Positions 33,425-46,140 of a stretch of 64,000 nt of DNA are shown here, piece by piece. Location of the stretch: positions 434,001 through 498,000 of the forward strand of contig VRMN01000011.1 in NCBI GenBank assembly GCA_008690995.1, in the 5' to 3' direction. Each line of letters begins with the position of its first letter. Position 1 is the first letter of the stretch. The position numbers and the translations under genes were made by a program. Source of the DNA: Porphyridium purpureum (lineage: Eukaryota). Under the pieces are notes generated by a model. That model had not been told where the DNA came from, did no database searches, and was given only the letters and a program-made list of their open reading frames with translations.

Positions 33425-36400
33425 ATGAGTGACAGTAACAGCTTAAACGCCGCAGCTGCGCGCCCAGCCGTGGCGAAAGGCGCAGCCCTCACTCTGTTCA
33501 CCAAGCACTACGGCTTCTGTACCCAAGCGAGCGAGCTGCCGAGCGAAGTCGACCGGAATTTTCTCGTCACAGGCGGCGCTGGTGCGGACGATACGTACGT
33601 TTTCAAGTTCTTCAACCAGGCGTCGCCATTGAGCGAGATTCAAACACAGCTGCGCGTGCTTAAGGTTGCGCATGATGCGGAGAAGAATCATGGACAGCGC
33701 CTTTCATTTCGCGTTCCTCGCGTTGTCTTGCCCAAGCTGTCAGGTGCTGGTGACAATGTAGACGAGCAGTTGCCAATTTTCGATGCGCCGCTCTTGATGC
33801 ACGATGTGGATGGACAAAAGGTGTGGGCGGTTGTGCTCCAGTACATTCCGGGCATCGTGCAGTCAAAGTGTGGCGTGCTGCCAGACACGTGGTACCGGCG
33901 TCTGGGTGCAGTCTTGGGTGTAGTGGATTGCGAGGCCCTCGAACGGCAGAAAGAGATTGATGGCGGTGCTTTTGGGCGTCAACCGGAGCGGCACCGTCAA
34001 AACTTTTCTTGGGATCTTCTGACAGCGAATCACATCATTGAGGCGCGCAAAGCCGCGCTCGAGGACGAAGCCGATCGCGCCATGGTGAGCAGTTGCGCTG
34101 CCAAAGTGGATTTTCGATTGTTCCGTTCTCTACGCCACGGGTGGATCCATAATGACGCGAATGACAACAATATTGTGATATGCAACGCAGAGAAATTGTG
34201 CGGTCTCGGAAATTCAGAACAAGCGACGATTGCTCTTATTGATTTTCGTGACGCTGCGTACGCTCCCATTGTAGCCGAGCTTGCGATTGCGGGCGCGTAT
34301 GCGATTCTGGACGCCCCAGGCCTTTCAGCACGGGTCGCGCGACTTGTGCAGCTGGTCATGGGTTACTGTAGTGAGCTTGCTCTTACTGAGGAAGAACTTG
34401 AACTTCTGTTTGACCTTGTCCTACTTCGTCTGTCGCAAAGTCTCTGTAATGGAGCGTTCCGGGCATCGATTGACCCAGCGAATGCATCCTATCTGACGTG
34501 CGACACGAGGCGCGTGCGAGAGGCGTTGCGTGAGCTTACGCATTGTGACCACCGGTTCGTGACGTTGCATTTACGAAATGCAGCAGGATTGTCCAAACCC
34601 TGGCAGCTTTGCGTTCAACGTGCGTCTTTTGATGCGCTCCCAAGCAACTTGTTCGCTTCGCCACTGGACTTTGACCAGTTTCGCGCGGGTGGCTACAAAG
34701 TGATGGATTTCTGTCGATTCTCTCGTTCAGGTGTATATGCGGCTGAACATCATGTCGCTGACCCTCGTGTGCTCGAAATCGGGCGTTACAATGAGGTGCG
34801 ATCCATCTACAAGCAGCATGACATGTTTGCCTCTGGTGCAGGCGACGAAGAGCGCAACATCCACCTTGGGATAGATCTTGGGGCCCAAAGCGGGACCGAG
34901 GTGTTCTGTATTGCACGCGGACGGATACACAGCGCGGTCGATAACACTGGCAAGGGGAATTATGGCCCGACGCTCATCGTCGAGCATGACTTTGAAAACT
35001 CGAATTCCAGGACTCACTGGTATTCGTTGTACGGACACTTGTCAAGGAGCAGCCTGCGTGGAAAAGCCCCCGGTGATTGTTTGGATCGTGGGGCCTTGGT
35101 GGGTTGGATTGGTGATTCGACTGAAAATGGCGGTTGGCCATCTCACGTGCACCTCCAGATCACTTTGGACCTTCTCGACAAGTTTCAAACGGGTGGTGAC
35201 TTTCCCGGTGTGTGCTCAGCTCGAGATCGCACAGTGTTTTTGAGTATCTGCCCGGACCCGACCGTGCTTTTGCGAGACTATTTGAGCAACGCATTTGGTC
35301 CTGAAATCCTCCCCGCCATCGCCACTGAACAGCCTATTGCTGTGCAAATGTTACAGAATCGGCATGCATGTATTGGTGCCAATTTGTCTGTGTCCTACCA
35401 GACTCCGATTGCGATGCTAACAGCGTATGAGACGTACATGGTGGACATCGACGGCCGCCATTTTCTCGATATGGTGAATAATCCTATGCATGTGGGACAC
35501 AATAACGAGCGGGTGAACCGAGCGATTTTCAGTCAGTTCGAGCGCCTCAACACAAATACTCGTTACCTATACGAGAATCTCGGCTCCTACGCAAACGCGT
35601 TGTTGGCCTGCCTGCCGTCTTCTGATTGTGTGACAATGAGCACCGCATCGTCACGGCCGCACTTTGCCGTGTGTTATTTCGTGAATTCGGGCTCTGAGGC
35701 AAACGATTTGGCGCTTCGCATAGCACGATGCGAAGCCGCCAAACATGGGCGCAAGGGCACGCTCGTTCTATCAGGTGGCTACCATGGACACACAACGGCC
35801 TTGATCGATGTCAGTCCGTACAAGTTTGCCGGCAAAGGAGGTTCTGGTTGCCCTCCCAATGTGGCAGTTGCCCCCGTCCCGGATTCGTACCGTGGCATGT
35901 TTCGCGGCCCCCATTGTGCGCAGGCATACGTCCAGGAGCTGGAAAAGGCAGCTGACCGCTTGGGATCACAGTTTGGTGTCTTTCTTTTTGAAGCCATCTC
36001 TGGCTGCGGCGGCCAAATTGTGCCACCGAAAAACTATGTGCGCAACGCCATCCGAGCAGCGCATGCACGAGGTGCCATTTGTATTGCTGATGAAGTTCAA
36101 CACGGCGTTGGTCGCACAGGCCACTTCTGCGCCTTTGAATCTGTTCAGCTCGAGGATGATGAGTCGGATGGTATAGAGCTACCGGATATTGTGACGTTTG
36201 GCAAACCGATTGGCAATGGCTTTCCGCTCGGGGTGGTGGTGACGACGCAGGCTCTAGCCGACTCATTCGCATCAAACGGCATGGAATTTTTCGCGACGTT
36301 TGGTGGGAATCCAGTAGCATGTGCAGCAGGTCTTGCGGTGCTCGGCGAATTGAAGGAGAAAAATCTCATGGCTCACGCATCGCAACTGGGCGCCTATCTT

Positions 36401-36718
36401 CTCTCAGGACTGGAGCGCTTGCAGGCAAACCATGCGTGCCTGGGAAACGTAAGGGGAAAAGGTTTGTTTTTGGGTGTTGAAATTGTCCACGCAGTCGCGG
36501 AGCCGGAATCAACGACGCCGAGACCGCATCGAGTACTTGCTCGATACATCGTGAATCGCATGAAAGACCAGTATTCTGTGCTGCTAAGCACAGATGGGCC
36601 GGAAGAAAATGTCATCAAAATCAAGCCGCCCATGACCGTAAGTATGCGCGACGCAGGCTATTTCCTCGCAAGTCTGGATCGGGTTTTGGGCGAAGGACCA
36701 GTTGCTCTGGCTGGGTAG
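33425..36718 (+). CDS. Tri-domain fusion: APH/hydroxylysine-kinase-like + M23 peptidase-like + class-III PLP aminotransferase/phospho-lyase
   Basis: Kinase: [24 protein letters not shown]23: [25 protein letters not shown]. Aminotransferase: [45 protein letters not shown]. Confidence 0.92.
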   Translation: MSDSNSLNAAAARPAVAKGAALTLFTKHYGFCTQASELPSEVDRNFLVTGGAGADDTYVFKFFNQASPLSEIQTQLRVLKVAHDAEKNHGQRLSFRVPRVVLPKLSGAGDNVDEQLPIFDAPLLMHDVDGQKVWAVVLQYIPGIVQSKCGVLPDTWYRRLGAVLGVVDCEALERQKEIDGGAFGRQPERHRQNFSWDLLTANHIIEARKAALEDEADRAMVSSCAAKVDFRLFRSLRHGWIHNDANDNNIVICNAEKLCGLGNSEQATIALIDFRDAAYAPIVAELAIAGAYAILDAPGLSARVARLVQLVMGYCSELALTEEELELLFDLVLLRLSQSLCNGAFRASIDPANASYLTCDTRRVREALRELTHCDHRFVTLHLRNAAGLSKPWQLCVQRASFDALPSNLFASPLDFDQFRAGGYKVMDFCRFSRSGVYAAEHHVADPRVLEIGRYNEVRSIYKQHDMFASGAGDEERNIHLGIDLGAQSGTEVFCIARGRIHSAVDNTGKGNYGPTLIVEHDFENSNSRTHWYSLYGHLSRSSLRGKAPGDCLDRGALVGWIGDSTENGGWPSHVHLQITLDLLDKFQTGGDFPGVCSARDRTVFLSICPDPTVLLRDYLSNAFGPEILPAIATEQPIAVQMLQNRHACIGANLSVSYQTPIAMLTAYETYMVDIDGRHFLDMVNNPMHVGHNNERVNRAIFSQFERLNTNTRYLYENLGSYANALLACLPSSDCVTMSTASSRPHFAVCYFVNSGSEANDLALRIARCEAAKHGRKGTLVLSGGYHGHTTALIDVSPYKFAGKGGSGCPPNVAVAPVPDSYRGMFRGPHCAQAYVQELEKAADRLGSQFGVFLFEAISGCGGQIVPPKNYVRNAIRAAHARGAICIADEVQHGVGRTGHFCAFESVQLEDDESDGIELPDIVTFGKPIGNGFPLGVVVTTQALADSFASNGMEFFATFGGNPVACAAGLAVLGELKEKNLMAHASQLGAYLLSGLERLQANHACLGNVRGKGLFLGVEIVHAVAEPESTTPRPHRVLARYIVNRMKDQYSVLLSTDGPEENVIKIKPPMTVSMRDAGYFLASLDRVLGEGPVALAG

Positions 36719-39700
36719 GAGTGCGGGAACTTGTTTTATCGCCTGTCTGTTTAATGTGCAAGGTCGAAATTGCGTAAGCGAAACTGAGATGCGAGGACCT
36801 ACGAACGTATCTTCAAAGGGGCGTGGTCATTTAGCTGCGCGCGCCGACGAGCAGCTGAAGCAGAGCGCCAGTCCCTCTTTCGAGGACGGCCCTGTCGAGT
36901 CTGAGCGCTTTGCCTCCCGTCAAGATTGTCAACAGTCAAGCTGGTGCGAAATGTATTGGTCTCACAGCCTTTGACAGTGTCTGACTGTTTTTCATTCTCG
37001 CTGATTCTTTGATACGCAGCGCCCAGTAGGATCTCAGTTTTGAAATAGTCTTCTGCAATGGTTACCAAAGCTCTGGATGCGCATGCTAGATGGACTGCCG
37101 GGCCTAATATCACTCTTGTCTCGTCCATTTCAGCAGAATGTAGCAGTGTGTTCTCAAGGTGTTTGTGAGGGGATGTCTTGGCTTACCGCGCCGTAACTTC
37201 ATCACCTCGACCCTTTGGTGGCTGTTTTATAGTGCCTATCAAATTCATGAAAAGCCCAGAAGGCGTTGGAAGGGCATTGAAAGGGTAGTCAAAGGGTCAT
37301 CGAGTTGCGAAACTCGGAAAGAGACTCGCGTCACTCAAGACACGCCCGAGGCATGGCTCCGTCGCCTCCCTTCCGTCCTGCCTAATCCCTTGCATCCGCA
37401 GCCTTCGATGCGCCAAACTCCATTGCTCCTCTGTCCTTCTCAGCACATACGCACAGTCCTTGCGATCCGTGGCCTGTCCCCGCATCCGCCGCCAGGAACA
37501 GACACCACCACGAGGATGGGCTTTGTCCTCATTCTGGCCTTTGCGTGACGTGGTCCCACACGCCGCATCAGCAGATCTTTCGTCTCCGCGGGGGTGCACG
37601 ACCGCTGAACTGTAACTACCGCACGCTGCTGACTCGGCGCACCACACGCCAGCTTGATCCTGCAAGAAGTGAGCGAGAGGGACCGCCTTCGTGCTCGCGG
37701 GTGAGCAGGCAAACTCTGGAGGATTTTGTCAATCGCGTCCTGTGTAAGTGTGGGGTGTAAACCTGGGTGAAGGGATATTGAAGCTTGGACCATCGACAGA
37801 GGAAGAAGGCCAACGATGAACGGCAGTAGCCATTGCGCCCCTTTCCTCGCATCAGTGCAAGCAAGCAACCGAGCACGACAAGAACATGTGTGTCTATGTG
37901 TCAGTAAGTGCAAGAGCAGGAAGGATGACGGGAATAGACATGGACGTCGACGTTTGATGTGCTGCTCGTGTCAGTAGAGAGCGGGCACGAGGAATAGAGA
38001 CACCCAACCACAACAGGAAGATGTGGTATAGTCTTGGCTTGGTTCCCAGACGCGCATTCGGAGAGCCATGAAAGCAGCGCCAAGTTCTTGTGTGGTCCCG
38101 ATGAAGGTTCCCGATAGGCCGTTTGGATTATTGTGCGCATGTCGCCACAATAATCGGCGCCCGACCGGACACGCCTTATCGATATTAGTGCGCGGATGAA
38201 TGTGTTTGTTTGCCCTCGTATAGTTCCAGTGAGTGCATGACATGTTTTTCCCGAGCTTGCACCACTCACACAAGGAAATTCCTTACGCACTTGTTAAGCC
38301 AGCTCGGCACATCTGCTCCTTTGGGCACAAAATTCGCAAAACTGAGTTACACATGCGTCCGTGTCCCGCGCGCGAGCAGATCCTGAATCAGTCGGCGCCT
38401 GAGTCGGCGAGCAACCGGGAAGGCTAAAAGAATTAAGGCATTGGGAAGATGCCAGGTCTGAAAAGCGATATCCACATGCATGTGCGCATCACGATCGATG
38501 CATGATCGTGCAGCTGCTCGTCAAAGGAGAGCCGCGTCTCACAAATCTTGCACGCGGAGACGGCCGCGCCTTTTTCACGCGGTAGCTGCTCTCTTCATGT
38601 CGTCAAACGCAATGACCTCCGCAAGCTCGGAGAAATCGTTGCTTAAGAAAGAGTCGAGCTGAGTTATTGCACACAGGCGTCGTCGCCGCGTGATATGGAA
38701 AGGATGCTGAGCTGGGCTCTTTTCAAAAGCCTGGCCGACCACCTCAGCCCTTCAGTCCGGCGTGCGGGCATTCGTTGCAGCTTCCACAGCAGTTTACCTG
38801 CTCACTGAGAACAGACGTACTTTTACGAACCTCCTCTGCGCCCTTCACGTGTCTGCTCATAGCCTGCCCCCGTGCAAACCCTTGCCTTTTCCTCACGGAT
38901 ATGCCAAGACGTTCCTTGGACGATGAAGCATACATAACATCAAGGTGCGCGCTGACGTCACATGACTGTGAGTGCGCTTAAATTCCGGAAACCAGGTGCT
39001 GCATTTCTCATATGCTCTGCAAGCATGAACAAGACTGCCGCGTTTGCTTGTTCCACTACAAATCGTTGCATTCCCATGTGGACAAACAGAATCCAACCTG
39101 CTGTTTTCAGGTAAGCACTAGCTTTCAGTTCTCTAAAGGCCGAGGGCTCATCCTCGACCCCGCCATACATTTCCCCGTGCGGAGTCCGATCCCAACGTAA
39201 GGCCCCAGTGCGAACTGTGCACCTTTATCCGGCGCTTGCCTTGGCTCAAAATCTGACAGGCACCGGCACATCAAATGACCGCGCTACGTCAATGCCTGCA
39301 TTAATCCGCGAATTGATACTGACAGGGCTCCACCGGGATGCTCCCTTGATGCTTCTATCAAGCATGAGCAGGCAGCAGGGTGCGACGGGTGCAAAATGCG
39401 TAGACGCGACGCCCTATCATGGGTCCCACAACACTCAGTGTGCGTGGAATTTGCTCGTGGAGATCCATTTCTGAGGCGTGCCACCTGGGTTGCACTAGGA
39501 GCGGATGTCCTCGAGCCCTGGATGCATTCCCTACAAAAGGGTGAGAGTGGCGTGTTCCGCCCTTAATGACATTCCCGTCGACCCCTGTCGTCCGCAGAAA
39601 GCTGGGATGTCTGCTGCGTCGGCGCAGCCAACACAGTTCTGCGCACTGAGAAGGAAGGAAATGGAGATGCAGAGAGAGCGAGAGAGTAGATCAAGAGAAA

Positions 39701-40494
39701 GGCGGCACTCTGGTATCTTTTGACGCCGCGAAGGACGTGCCATCACTTAGGATGCGCCCTCGCACAAGCGCCATGCCTTGGACTTCTATGGCATAGATAG
39801 CCGCGCTCTGTCTCATGCAGACTGACATCATCCTCTCATTCGAAAAGAAACGCACGAACGAAAGCCAAACAAGATCGCATTTTCAAGACATCACGACTCG
39901 AAGCCGTAGACACGCATCTTCATGATACAGCGCTGCGAGGGCTGTTATCGAGACTCTCAAGCAGTTGCTCCCATTCGACGTCTCTTGACTCTCGAGAACA
40001 CGTAAATTCATGTGCCGAAGCCCCTCTCTGTCATATTCCACAGGAGTCTCATCCCACCCGTGCTTGGTTTCTGCGGCAGCTCGGGATGCACCGCGCCAAG
40101 CGCGTTCATCGCGCACATCAAACTTTGGTGACCGACGGTACCCACTGTACACACTGTACACCCCCTTATTTCTGAGCTGGATTTGGGGAGGTACACTGCC
40201 ATTGAACTTGGAGCCAACGGGTAAATTGAATGCGCGCGCTGATCGGTGGGGGCACCGAAAAATCGGCAGGAGCGTGGCAGACGGATAAAGTGACACCTTA
40301 CCTCTCGTGGAAAGGTGGAGTTGGTTGTGCGCACGGATGCGCCGGGAGAGAACGCGAGTGGATAAGCGCGCTCGCATTGAGTGCGAAACATCCAAGTAGA
40401 ACTCGTATCGGTAGTCCGTGTGATCTTAGTCTTACCGGCAAGATTAGGGGGAAGGCAGTAAGGCTTGAAGGCTTGTTTCGAGCGAAGGGGCAGC

Positions 40495-40995
40495 ATGGCG
40501 CCGAAAAATCAGCAGGGCGGCGCGCACAAGAAGCCGGCCCAGCAGAAGAAGCCGGGACATGGAGGCGCAGCGAATAAGAAGAAACCAGGCCCGGGCGCGA
40601 AGAAGAAGAAGCCGGGGATCCGCGCGGCGCCAAAGGGCTCACCGCCGCATGGCCCGGAGGAAATTCTCGCCGATACGATCTTTGATCAGTTCGATAAGGT
40701 GAAGCACGACGGCAAGTTGGACAAGGCCGAAGTCAAGCTTGCCCTCGAATCGTTCTCTGCGCAATGCGGCGTGAAAACAATCCCGCCGTTTGCGGTCGGT
40801 ATGGCGATTCGGCTCGCGGACAAAAATGGAGATGGCACGCTCAACAAGCAAGAGTTTCGGGCCTTGGTCAAAAAGCTCAGTAAGTACGCGTCTTTTCCGG
40901 ATGAGGCCGCCGCGAAAAATGCACGCGCTCATCCCTCGGATGACGAGTCGGATGACGCATCGTCTTCGGAAGAGGAAAGCGAGGGTCGCGAATAG
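40495..40995 (+). CDS. Two-EF-hand protein with Lys/Pro/Gly-rich N-terminus and acidic tail
   Basis: EF loops FDKVKHDGKLDKAE and ADKNGDGTLNKQEF. Confidence 0.8.
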   Translation: MAPKNQQGGAHKKPAQQKKPGHGGAANKKKPGPGAKKKKPGIRAAPKGSPPHGPEEILADTIFDQFDKVKHDGKLDKAEVKLALESFSAQCGVKTIPPFAVGMAIRLADKNGDGTLNKQEFRALVKKLSKYASFPDEAAAKNARAHPSDDESDDASSSEEESEGRE

Positions 40996-41794
40996 TAGGT
41001 GAAACGTTACGGCTGCGCCATCTTGTCGTAAAACGCACACGCAATGTGTGTTGAGCGTTGCATTTCTGGATACCGGTCTCCTTGGCTGGCGAGTAAGAAG
41101 TTTGTGACTGTGTAGAACGATAAGATTAAATTTACTATTCTTTCACATGACAAGGGGCTTTGGAAACAAGTGGCGATCTCAGAGACAACTCTACTCTGGA
41201 GGTCTCTACGTCGGACACATTTCTGATGCTTGTACGCGCGTGTCGATACCAGAGCGTTCGACATCGGACTTCGCTTGCGCATGCGCGAAACCATCTTTTG
41301 AAGAAGACCACTCGGTCGATTCAGGAGTCGACTTTGCCTGGTACTTGGCGAGGGTGTGGTTGCGGATCTCATGGGAGGCGTGACGTGGCGTGGCGTGCCT
41401 GAGGAGGCCTGGGAAATGACGTGCTGTGCGCACGCTTCACGCGTTCGGCACACGTCGTGCGCTCTCACCAAACCATGTCGCGGAGGTGTACAGTGCATGA
41501 GTACAGCGGGTACTGTAACGATGAAGGAAGCGGGAAGACTGTACCTCCATCGGTTCGGGTTGTCTGACCGTGTGCAAGGTTTATGAGTACATGGGTGTGT
41601 TTTACTAGGAGAATGTCACAACCTCAGAAACCAGATCGGAACACGCGGGAAAGGGAGAGACGTTGATGGTGAGCGAGGAAACAGGCGAGGCAGGCAGCGA
41701 GCGAGAGAGAGAGAGAGAGAGAGAGAGCTGGACAGAGAAGGGCGAGAGTGGAGAGGGAGGAAGGGTACCTGGCGGCCGCAAGAAGGTAGCAATC

Positions 41795-42832
41795 ATGGCG
41801 TCGACGCCGCTGACGAATCTGAAGCGGAACCTGGCCGCGGCAGACTGGAAGGTGGCGTCGTTTATGCTGCTGAACTTTGCGTCGTCCACAGGTATTGTGG
41901 TGAGCAACAAGTACGTGATGGACGCGCTCGGGTTCAAGTTCGCAACCTCGCTGACGTTCCTGCACTTTGTGATGACCTTCTTGATGCTTGCGCTCGTGCG
42001 GCTCTTTAGCGGATTCGAGATTAAGCGCCTGCCCGTGGCCAAGGTGGCCAAGCTCGCGGCGGGGAATATGGGATTTGTGGTGCTGACGAACCTGTCCCTG
42101 CAGTATAACTCCATCGGGTTCTACCAGATCATGAAGGTGATGACAACCCCAACTGTTGTCTTCCTCGAAGCAGTCTTCTACCAGAAGTACCTCGAGAACA
42201 ACCTAAAGCTGTCGCTTGTGCCAGTCTGTCTCGGAGTGATCCTGACCAGCGTGTCTGACTACCGCCTGAACATGATCGGGACGATCTATGCTGTGGCGGG
42301 CGTGATTGTAACAAGTCTGTACCAGATCTGGTCCGGCACGCTGCAAAAAAGCCTGGATTGCAGCGCTTTGCAGCTCCAGTTTTACACCGCGCCGCTGTCT
42401 GCTCTGTTCATCCTGCCCGTAATGCCACTGCTAGACAACTACTCGTTCACCAGCCCAGGGGCGATCTGGAACTATGACTTCGCGATGCCGAACGTCATGG
42501 CGATTTGCGCGACTGGTTTGATTGCGTTCCTGGTGAACATTTCTATCTTCTTGATCATCGGTAAGAGCTCGCCACTCACGTACAACATTTTGGGCCATGG
42601 CAAGACTTGCTTTATCTTGATGACTGACTTTCTCTTCTTCGGCAGGCCCGTGGACACGCAAGGCACGGCGGGCATCGCATCGGCAATGGTAGGCGTGTTC
42701 TGGTACACGCATCTCAAGCTCGAGAAGGCACGGATCGAGAAGGAGGCCACGCAAGTCTCGAAGGAAGAAGTCGATCCGGAGAAAGGCTCGGTATCAGAAT
42801 CTACGGCGCCCGAGGTTAAGCAACAGAATTGA
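41795..42832 (+). CDS. Nucleotide-sugar transporter (TPT family; UXT/URGT/SLC35E3-like)
   Basis: SSTGIVVSNK, GFKFATSLTFLHF, NLSLQYNSIGFYQIMK and SPLTYNILGHGKT motifs. Confidence 0.9.
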   Translation: MASTPLTNLKRNLAAADWKVASFMLLNFASSTGIVVSNKYVMDALGFKFATSLTFLHFVMTFLMLALVRLFSGFEIKRLPVAKVAKLAAGNMGFVVLTNLSLQYNSIGFYQIMKVMTTPTVVFLEAVFYQKYLENNLKLSLVPVCLGVILTSVSDYRLNMIGTIYAVAGVIVTSLYQIWSGTLQKSLDCSALQLQFYTAPLSALFILPVMPLLDNYSFTSPGAIWNYDFAMPNVMAICATGLIAFLVNISIFLIIGKSSPLTYNILGHGKTCFILMTDFLFFGRPVDTQGTAGIASAMVGVFWYTHLKLEKARIEKEATQVSKEEVDPEKGSVSESTAPEVKQQN

Positions 42833-43281
42833 GGAGTTTGGACCGGCGCGCTGCCGCATAGTTTGCGGCATGATATTGCGTGAGCAGCCGACAAGGTCAC
42901 AGACCTGTGACCTCCACGTTTCACGCCCCTTTATGTTCGACATTGTGAGCAGAAGATAGTTCCTTGGTTGGCCGTACGTGGTAATCGTTAGACAAAAATA
43001 TTCTCGGATTTATGAATGCTTCGGCTCTGTTTGGCGTCTTTGCAGAACCGTTCGGGGCCAAAAGGAGTGACCTTTAAGCTGCCCGAGGGATTTGAGAATC
43101 CACGATCACCGTGCATTACTGCGGATGATGCACGACAGGGGCGTAAACCCATTCATCTCCGTTGGCAAATGAAGACAAAAGAATGAAGGAAGGCTATTAA
43201 GGATTTGGACTCCGAGAAGTAAACAAAAGACTCGTGTCTTCCATTGTACAGATTCCTCTGTACTAACAAACAGGCATACAA

Positions 43282-44451
43282 TTACTTGAAATGCATCGCA
43301 TAGGCAACACTGTACGGGCCCATCCCCACACTTTCGGGCGTATGGATGTTATAAGCCCCCTTCTCCCGCAGAGAACCCAAGACTTCGGATGTGATGCTTT
43401 TGGACAGCGAAAATGGCTTGTCCGTGGAACGCAAGGCCCCGCGAAGCTCTGCGATTGAAATATCGGTGTACCCCAAGAGAACTTTACGCACAGCGGCTGC
43501 ATCGTTCGAGATATTCGGCGACGACGACAGAAGGGAGGCTTTGCTCTTGGCCTTCTCAACAGATTTGCGAAGCTTGGACGGTGGGACGTAGCAAAGCAGG
43601 TAAATTTGCACTCGCTTTGTCGGATCGCATTGGCTCCACTCGCGGTAGTCAAGGTGTAGGGCTTCATACATATTCAATCCTTCCGCTTCGCCAGTGGCTT
43701 GGCTTGTGATTCCTCCCGGTTTGGTGGCTCCCACTAACACAGACCGCTCATGGGGATGATTCAGAAGCTTCCGATATACCTCTAGAGTCACAGGATACTC
43801 TTCATCATCCTCATCTTGGAATTTGACAAACGGATGACACACTACAATCCCATGAGCTTTCCCCTCTGGGTGCGTCTTGCTGAACTCCTGAGACAAGTCC
43901 GGCTCCATGTGAATGCACAGCACAGCTTCCTTCCAGTCGAGCTTTTCCGCCAGCTCGGCGCTTTCTGGCTTCCCAATCAGCTGACCCATTTCGTACGTGC
44001 CCTGTCGCCGAATTGACGCAATGGGAATTTTCTCTGCCACTACAAGGTGCAAGCCGGGCTCCTCCCCCAACAGGTTCTTTATGCCGCGGCTTGTGAGCGG
44101 TATTTTGTGATACTTTTTCATGTCCACGTAGTAGAACCCAACCGCGAGCTCATCGATGTTGACACGCCCGCCCGACAAGCGTACCTCGCACATCTTGCGG
44201 AACTGTGGACAAGGAGACGTTTGAATGTCTGACTCGTAGATGATTGAATCATTGCTTGGGTCAAACACGCGTACGAGCGAGCCGACTGGGAGTCGTTTCC
44301 TAGCCTTTACGCTGTACTCCCAGATATTCGTCGCCGAGAAACGAACAAACACAGCATCTACTCCGTCTCCAGCTGACGCCGCTGCCCCACCCCCACCTCC
44401 GCCCTTTCGAAGGTCACGCAGGGACGCCAAACCGTTGCTCACCCAATCCAT
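43282..44451 (-). CDS. Hypothetical protein with possible tandem C2-like (copine-like) domains
   Basis: Clean 389-aa ORF from the ATG. VRFSATN, IYESD...PQF, HPFVKF and LLGYTDISIAEL resemble C2 strands; the domain call is tentative. Confidence 0.55.
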   Translation of the reverse strand: MDWVSNGLASLRDLRKGGGGGGAAASAGDGVDAVFVRFSATNIWEYSVKARKRLPVGSLVRVFDPSNDSIIYESDIQTSPCPQFRKMCEVRLSGGRVNIDELAVGFYYVDMKKYHKIPLTSRGIKNLLGEEPGLHLVVAEKIPIASIRRQGTYEMGQLIGKPESAELAEKLDWKEAVLCIHMEPDLSQEFSKTHPEGKAHGIVVCHPFVKFQDEDDEEYPVTLEVYRKLLNHPHERSVLVGATKPGGITSQATGEAEGLNMYEALHLDYREWSQCDPTKRVQIYLLCYVPPSKLRKSVEKAKSKASLLSSSPNISNDAAAVRKVLLGYTDISIAELRGALRSTDKPFSLSKSITSEVLGSLREKGAYNIHTPESVGMGPYSVAYAMHFK

Positions 44452-45236
44452 GATCGAACGATAGAGATTTCCTCTTGCCCGCTTGCCACGTGCGTTCACA
44501 CGCCTCCGCGCCTCCCTCGCCCCTTTCGAGAGCGCGCAGCGAAAGGAGAAGTTTCCTTGAGAAAGCTGCCCGGACACCGCGTTGTCGTAGCCAGCGGACC
44601 GGGCGCGCGATAATCCGGGCGCGCGATAATTCGGTCGAATTCGCGCCTAGCTGTGCCGGGCCTACCAGATGGCCAACGAAATGCACGGGTACGAATGCAA
44701 AGGGGCACAGAAAGCGCGACCCCTCAGGCTCCGGGGACGGCGCGCACGCTGTCGTGAACGTGCCAGATTTTTGCTTCCGCGTTTTTGCTAACGCTCGGTC
44801 TCTTCCTGTTTAACAGATTTTCATGTGGACTGATGATTTGGAGTAATTTTGTGGGCGCCACGACGATCTGCACCTGCGAGCATCACGTCCATCGCGATCG
44901 ATTCGCCGCTCAGAGTTCTAGCACGCCGCTCGGTCCATTGTGAGAGAGGAAAGATACGGCCGAACCTTTTCATCCGGGTCGCTTGACACGCTGAAAGCTT
45001 ATGGGACACCTCAGGAAACCCATGTGGCTGTCCACAATGAGTGATTGAACGCAAGACAGATGGCCTGCTGTGAGTGCAGCGACGAGCAAGCTCAAAGTGT
45101 GAGCCGCTGCGCCCAGTGCGACACCGAAGCTCTGGGAAACCGGAAAGGAAAGAGGGCGAACGAATGAAAAAAATTTATGAGGTGCCATGTTGCGGTTCTT
45201 CGGAAACGAATACATACATAGGGAGACCTGGTGGAC

Positions 45237-45989
45237 TTATGAGCCGCCACCAGAAGTGTTCGAGCCGTCGTCTTGCTTGCTAGGGTAGATAATGGTGAGC
45301 TGGCCGTCAAGCATGCTTGTGTCGAGATTGAGCTGCTTGAGCAGGCTCACGAGTCCGTCGTCATCGGGGTTGTACGTCCTGCGGATCACAGCTTCGACCG
45401 GAGTATCCTTGACGCCACCTACCGGCCGCTCGTAGCGCTTCTTCTTGCACAGCTCTGGCTTCGGAATGATGGCACCACTCAGGCGCGCGACACGTACCCG
45501 TGTGCCATCCTCGAGCCACTCGAAGTCAACCTCGGTGGGCTTCTTCTCGATGGGGTCGACGACGGCGATCTTATCAAGTTCGATGGGCCCTTCCGTGGTT
45601 ACCACCTTGGGTCGACGTGTTTCCGGGTCCGTGATTCTGACTTTTTGGAAATTAACGCCCTGCACGACCACGCAACTCGACTGTCGAACCACCTCGAGCA
45701 CCATGCCACGCACCGACACGTCGCGGTGCTCTGGGTCGACCACTTGTACAAAATCACCGCGCAAGACCTTCCAACTCTTATGGTACACCTTTGCGGCCGG
45801 CGGGCGGCGGATTTCCTCCAGCGCGCTCTGCGACCGATACAACATCTCAGTGCTCATCTTGCCCGTGTTCTCATATCCAAACTGCGACGCAAGCTTGGTC
45901 GCTCCTCCGCCTCGGATCGGCGCCGAGTTTCGCCATCCGGACTTCAAGCTCGGGCGCCGTTGAAACTTTATCTGCTTTCGCAAACCCAT
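45237..45989 (-). CDS. MRPL24: Mitochondrial ribosomal protein uL24m
   Basis: WKVLRGDFVQV, VVVQGVN, EGPI, VDP...PT, DGTRVRVARLSGAIIPKP and KDT motifs. Confidence 0.92.
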   Translation of the reverse strand: MGLRKQIKFQRRPSLKSGWRNSAPIRGGGATKLASQFGYENTGKMSTEMLYRSQSALEEIRRPPAAKVYHKSWKVLRGDFVQVVDPEHRDVSVRGMVLEVVRQSSCVVVQGVNFQKVRITDPETRRPKVVTTEGPIELDKIAVVDPIEKKPTEVDFEWLEDGTRVRVARLSGAIIPKPELCKKKRYERPVGGVKDTPVEAVIRRTYNPDDDGLVSLLKQLNLDTSMLDGQLTIIYPSKQDDGSNTSGGGS

Positions 45990-46140
45990 CTTTCACCACG
46001 CCTAAAGTCCAACACCTACCAATCTCCAGCGCTGACGCGACCGATGGCTTGCTCCGTTCTCTTTTTGCGTTCGTCGCGTTTCGTTCCTCCATCAGAAGCA
46101 CACGAGGAAGGCAGAAGGGTAGAGGCAAGAACGGAGAAGA

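Noticed and set aside
38540..38670. Minus-strand fragment NDFSELAEVIAFDDMK...GRLR resembling the YchF/OLA1 C-terminus
   Set aside because: Short, interrupted by stops, and with no supporting flanking similarity.
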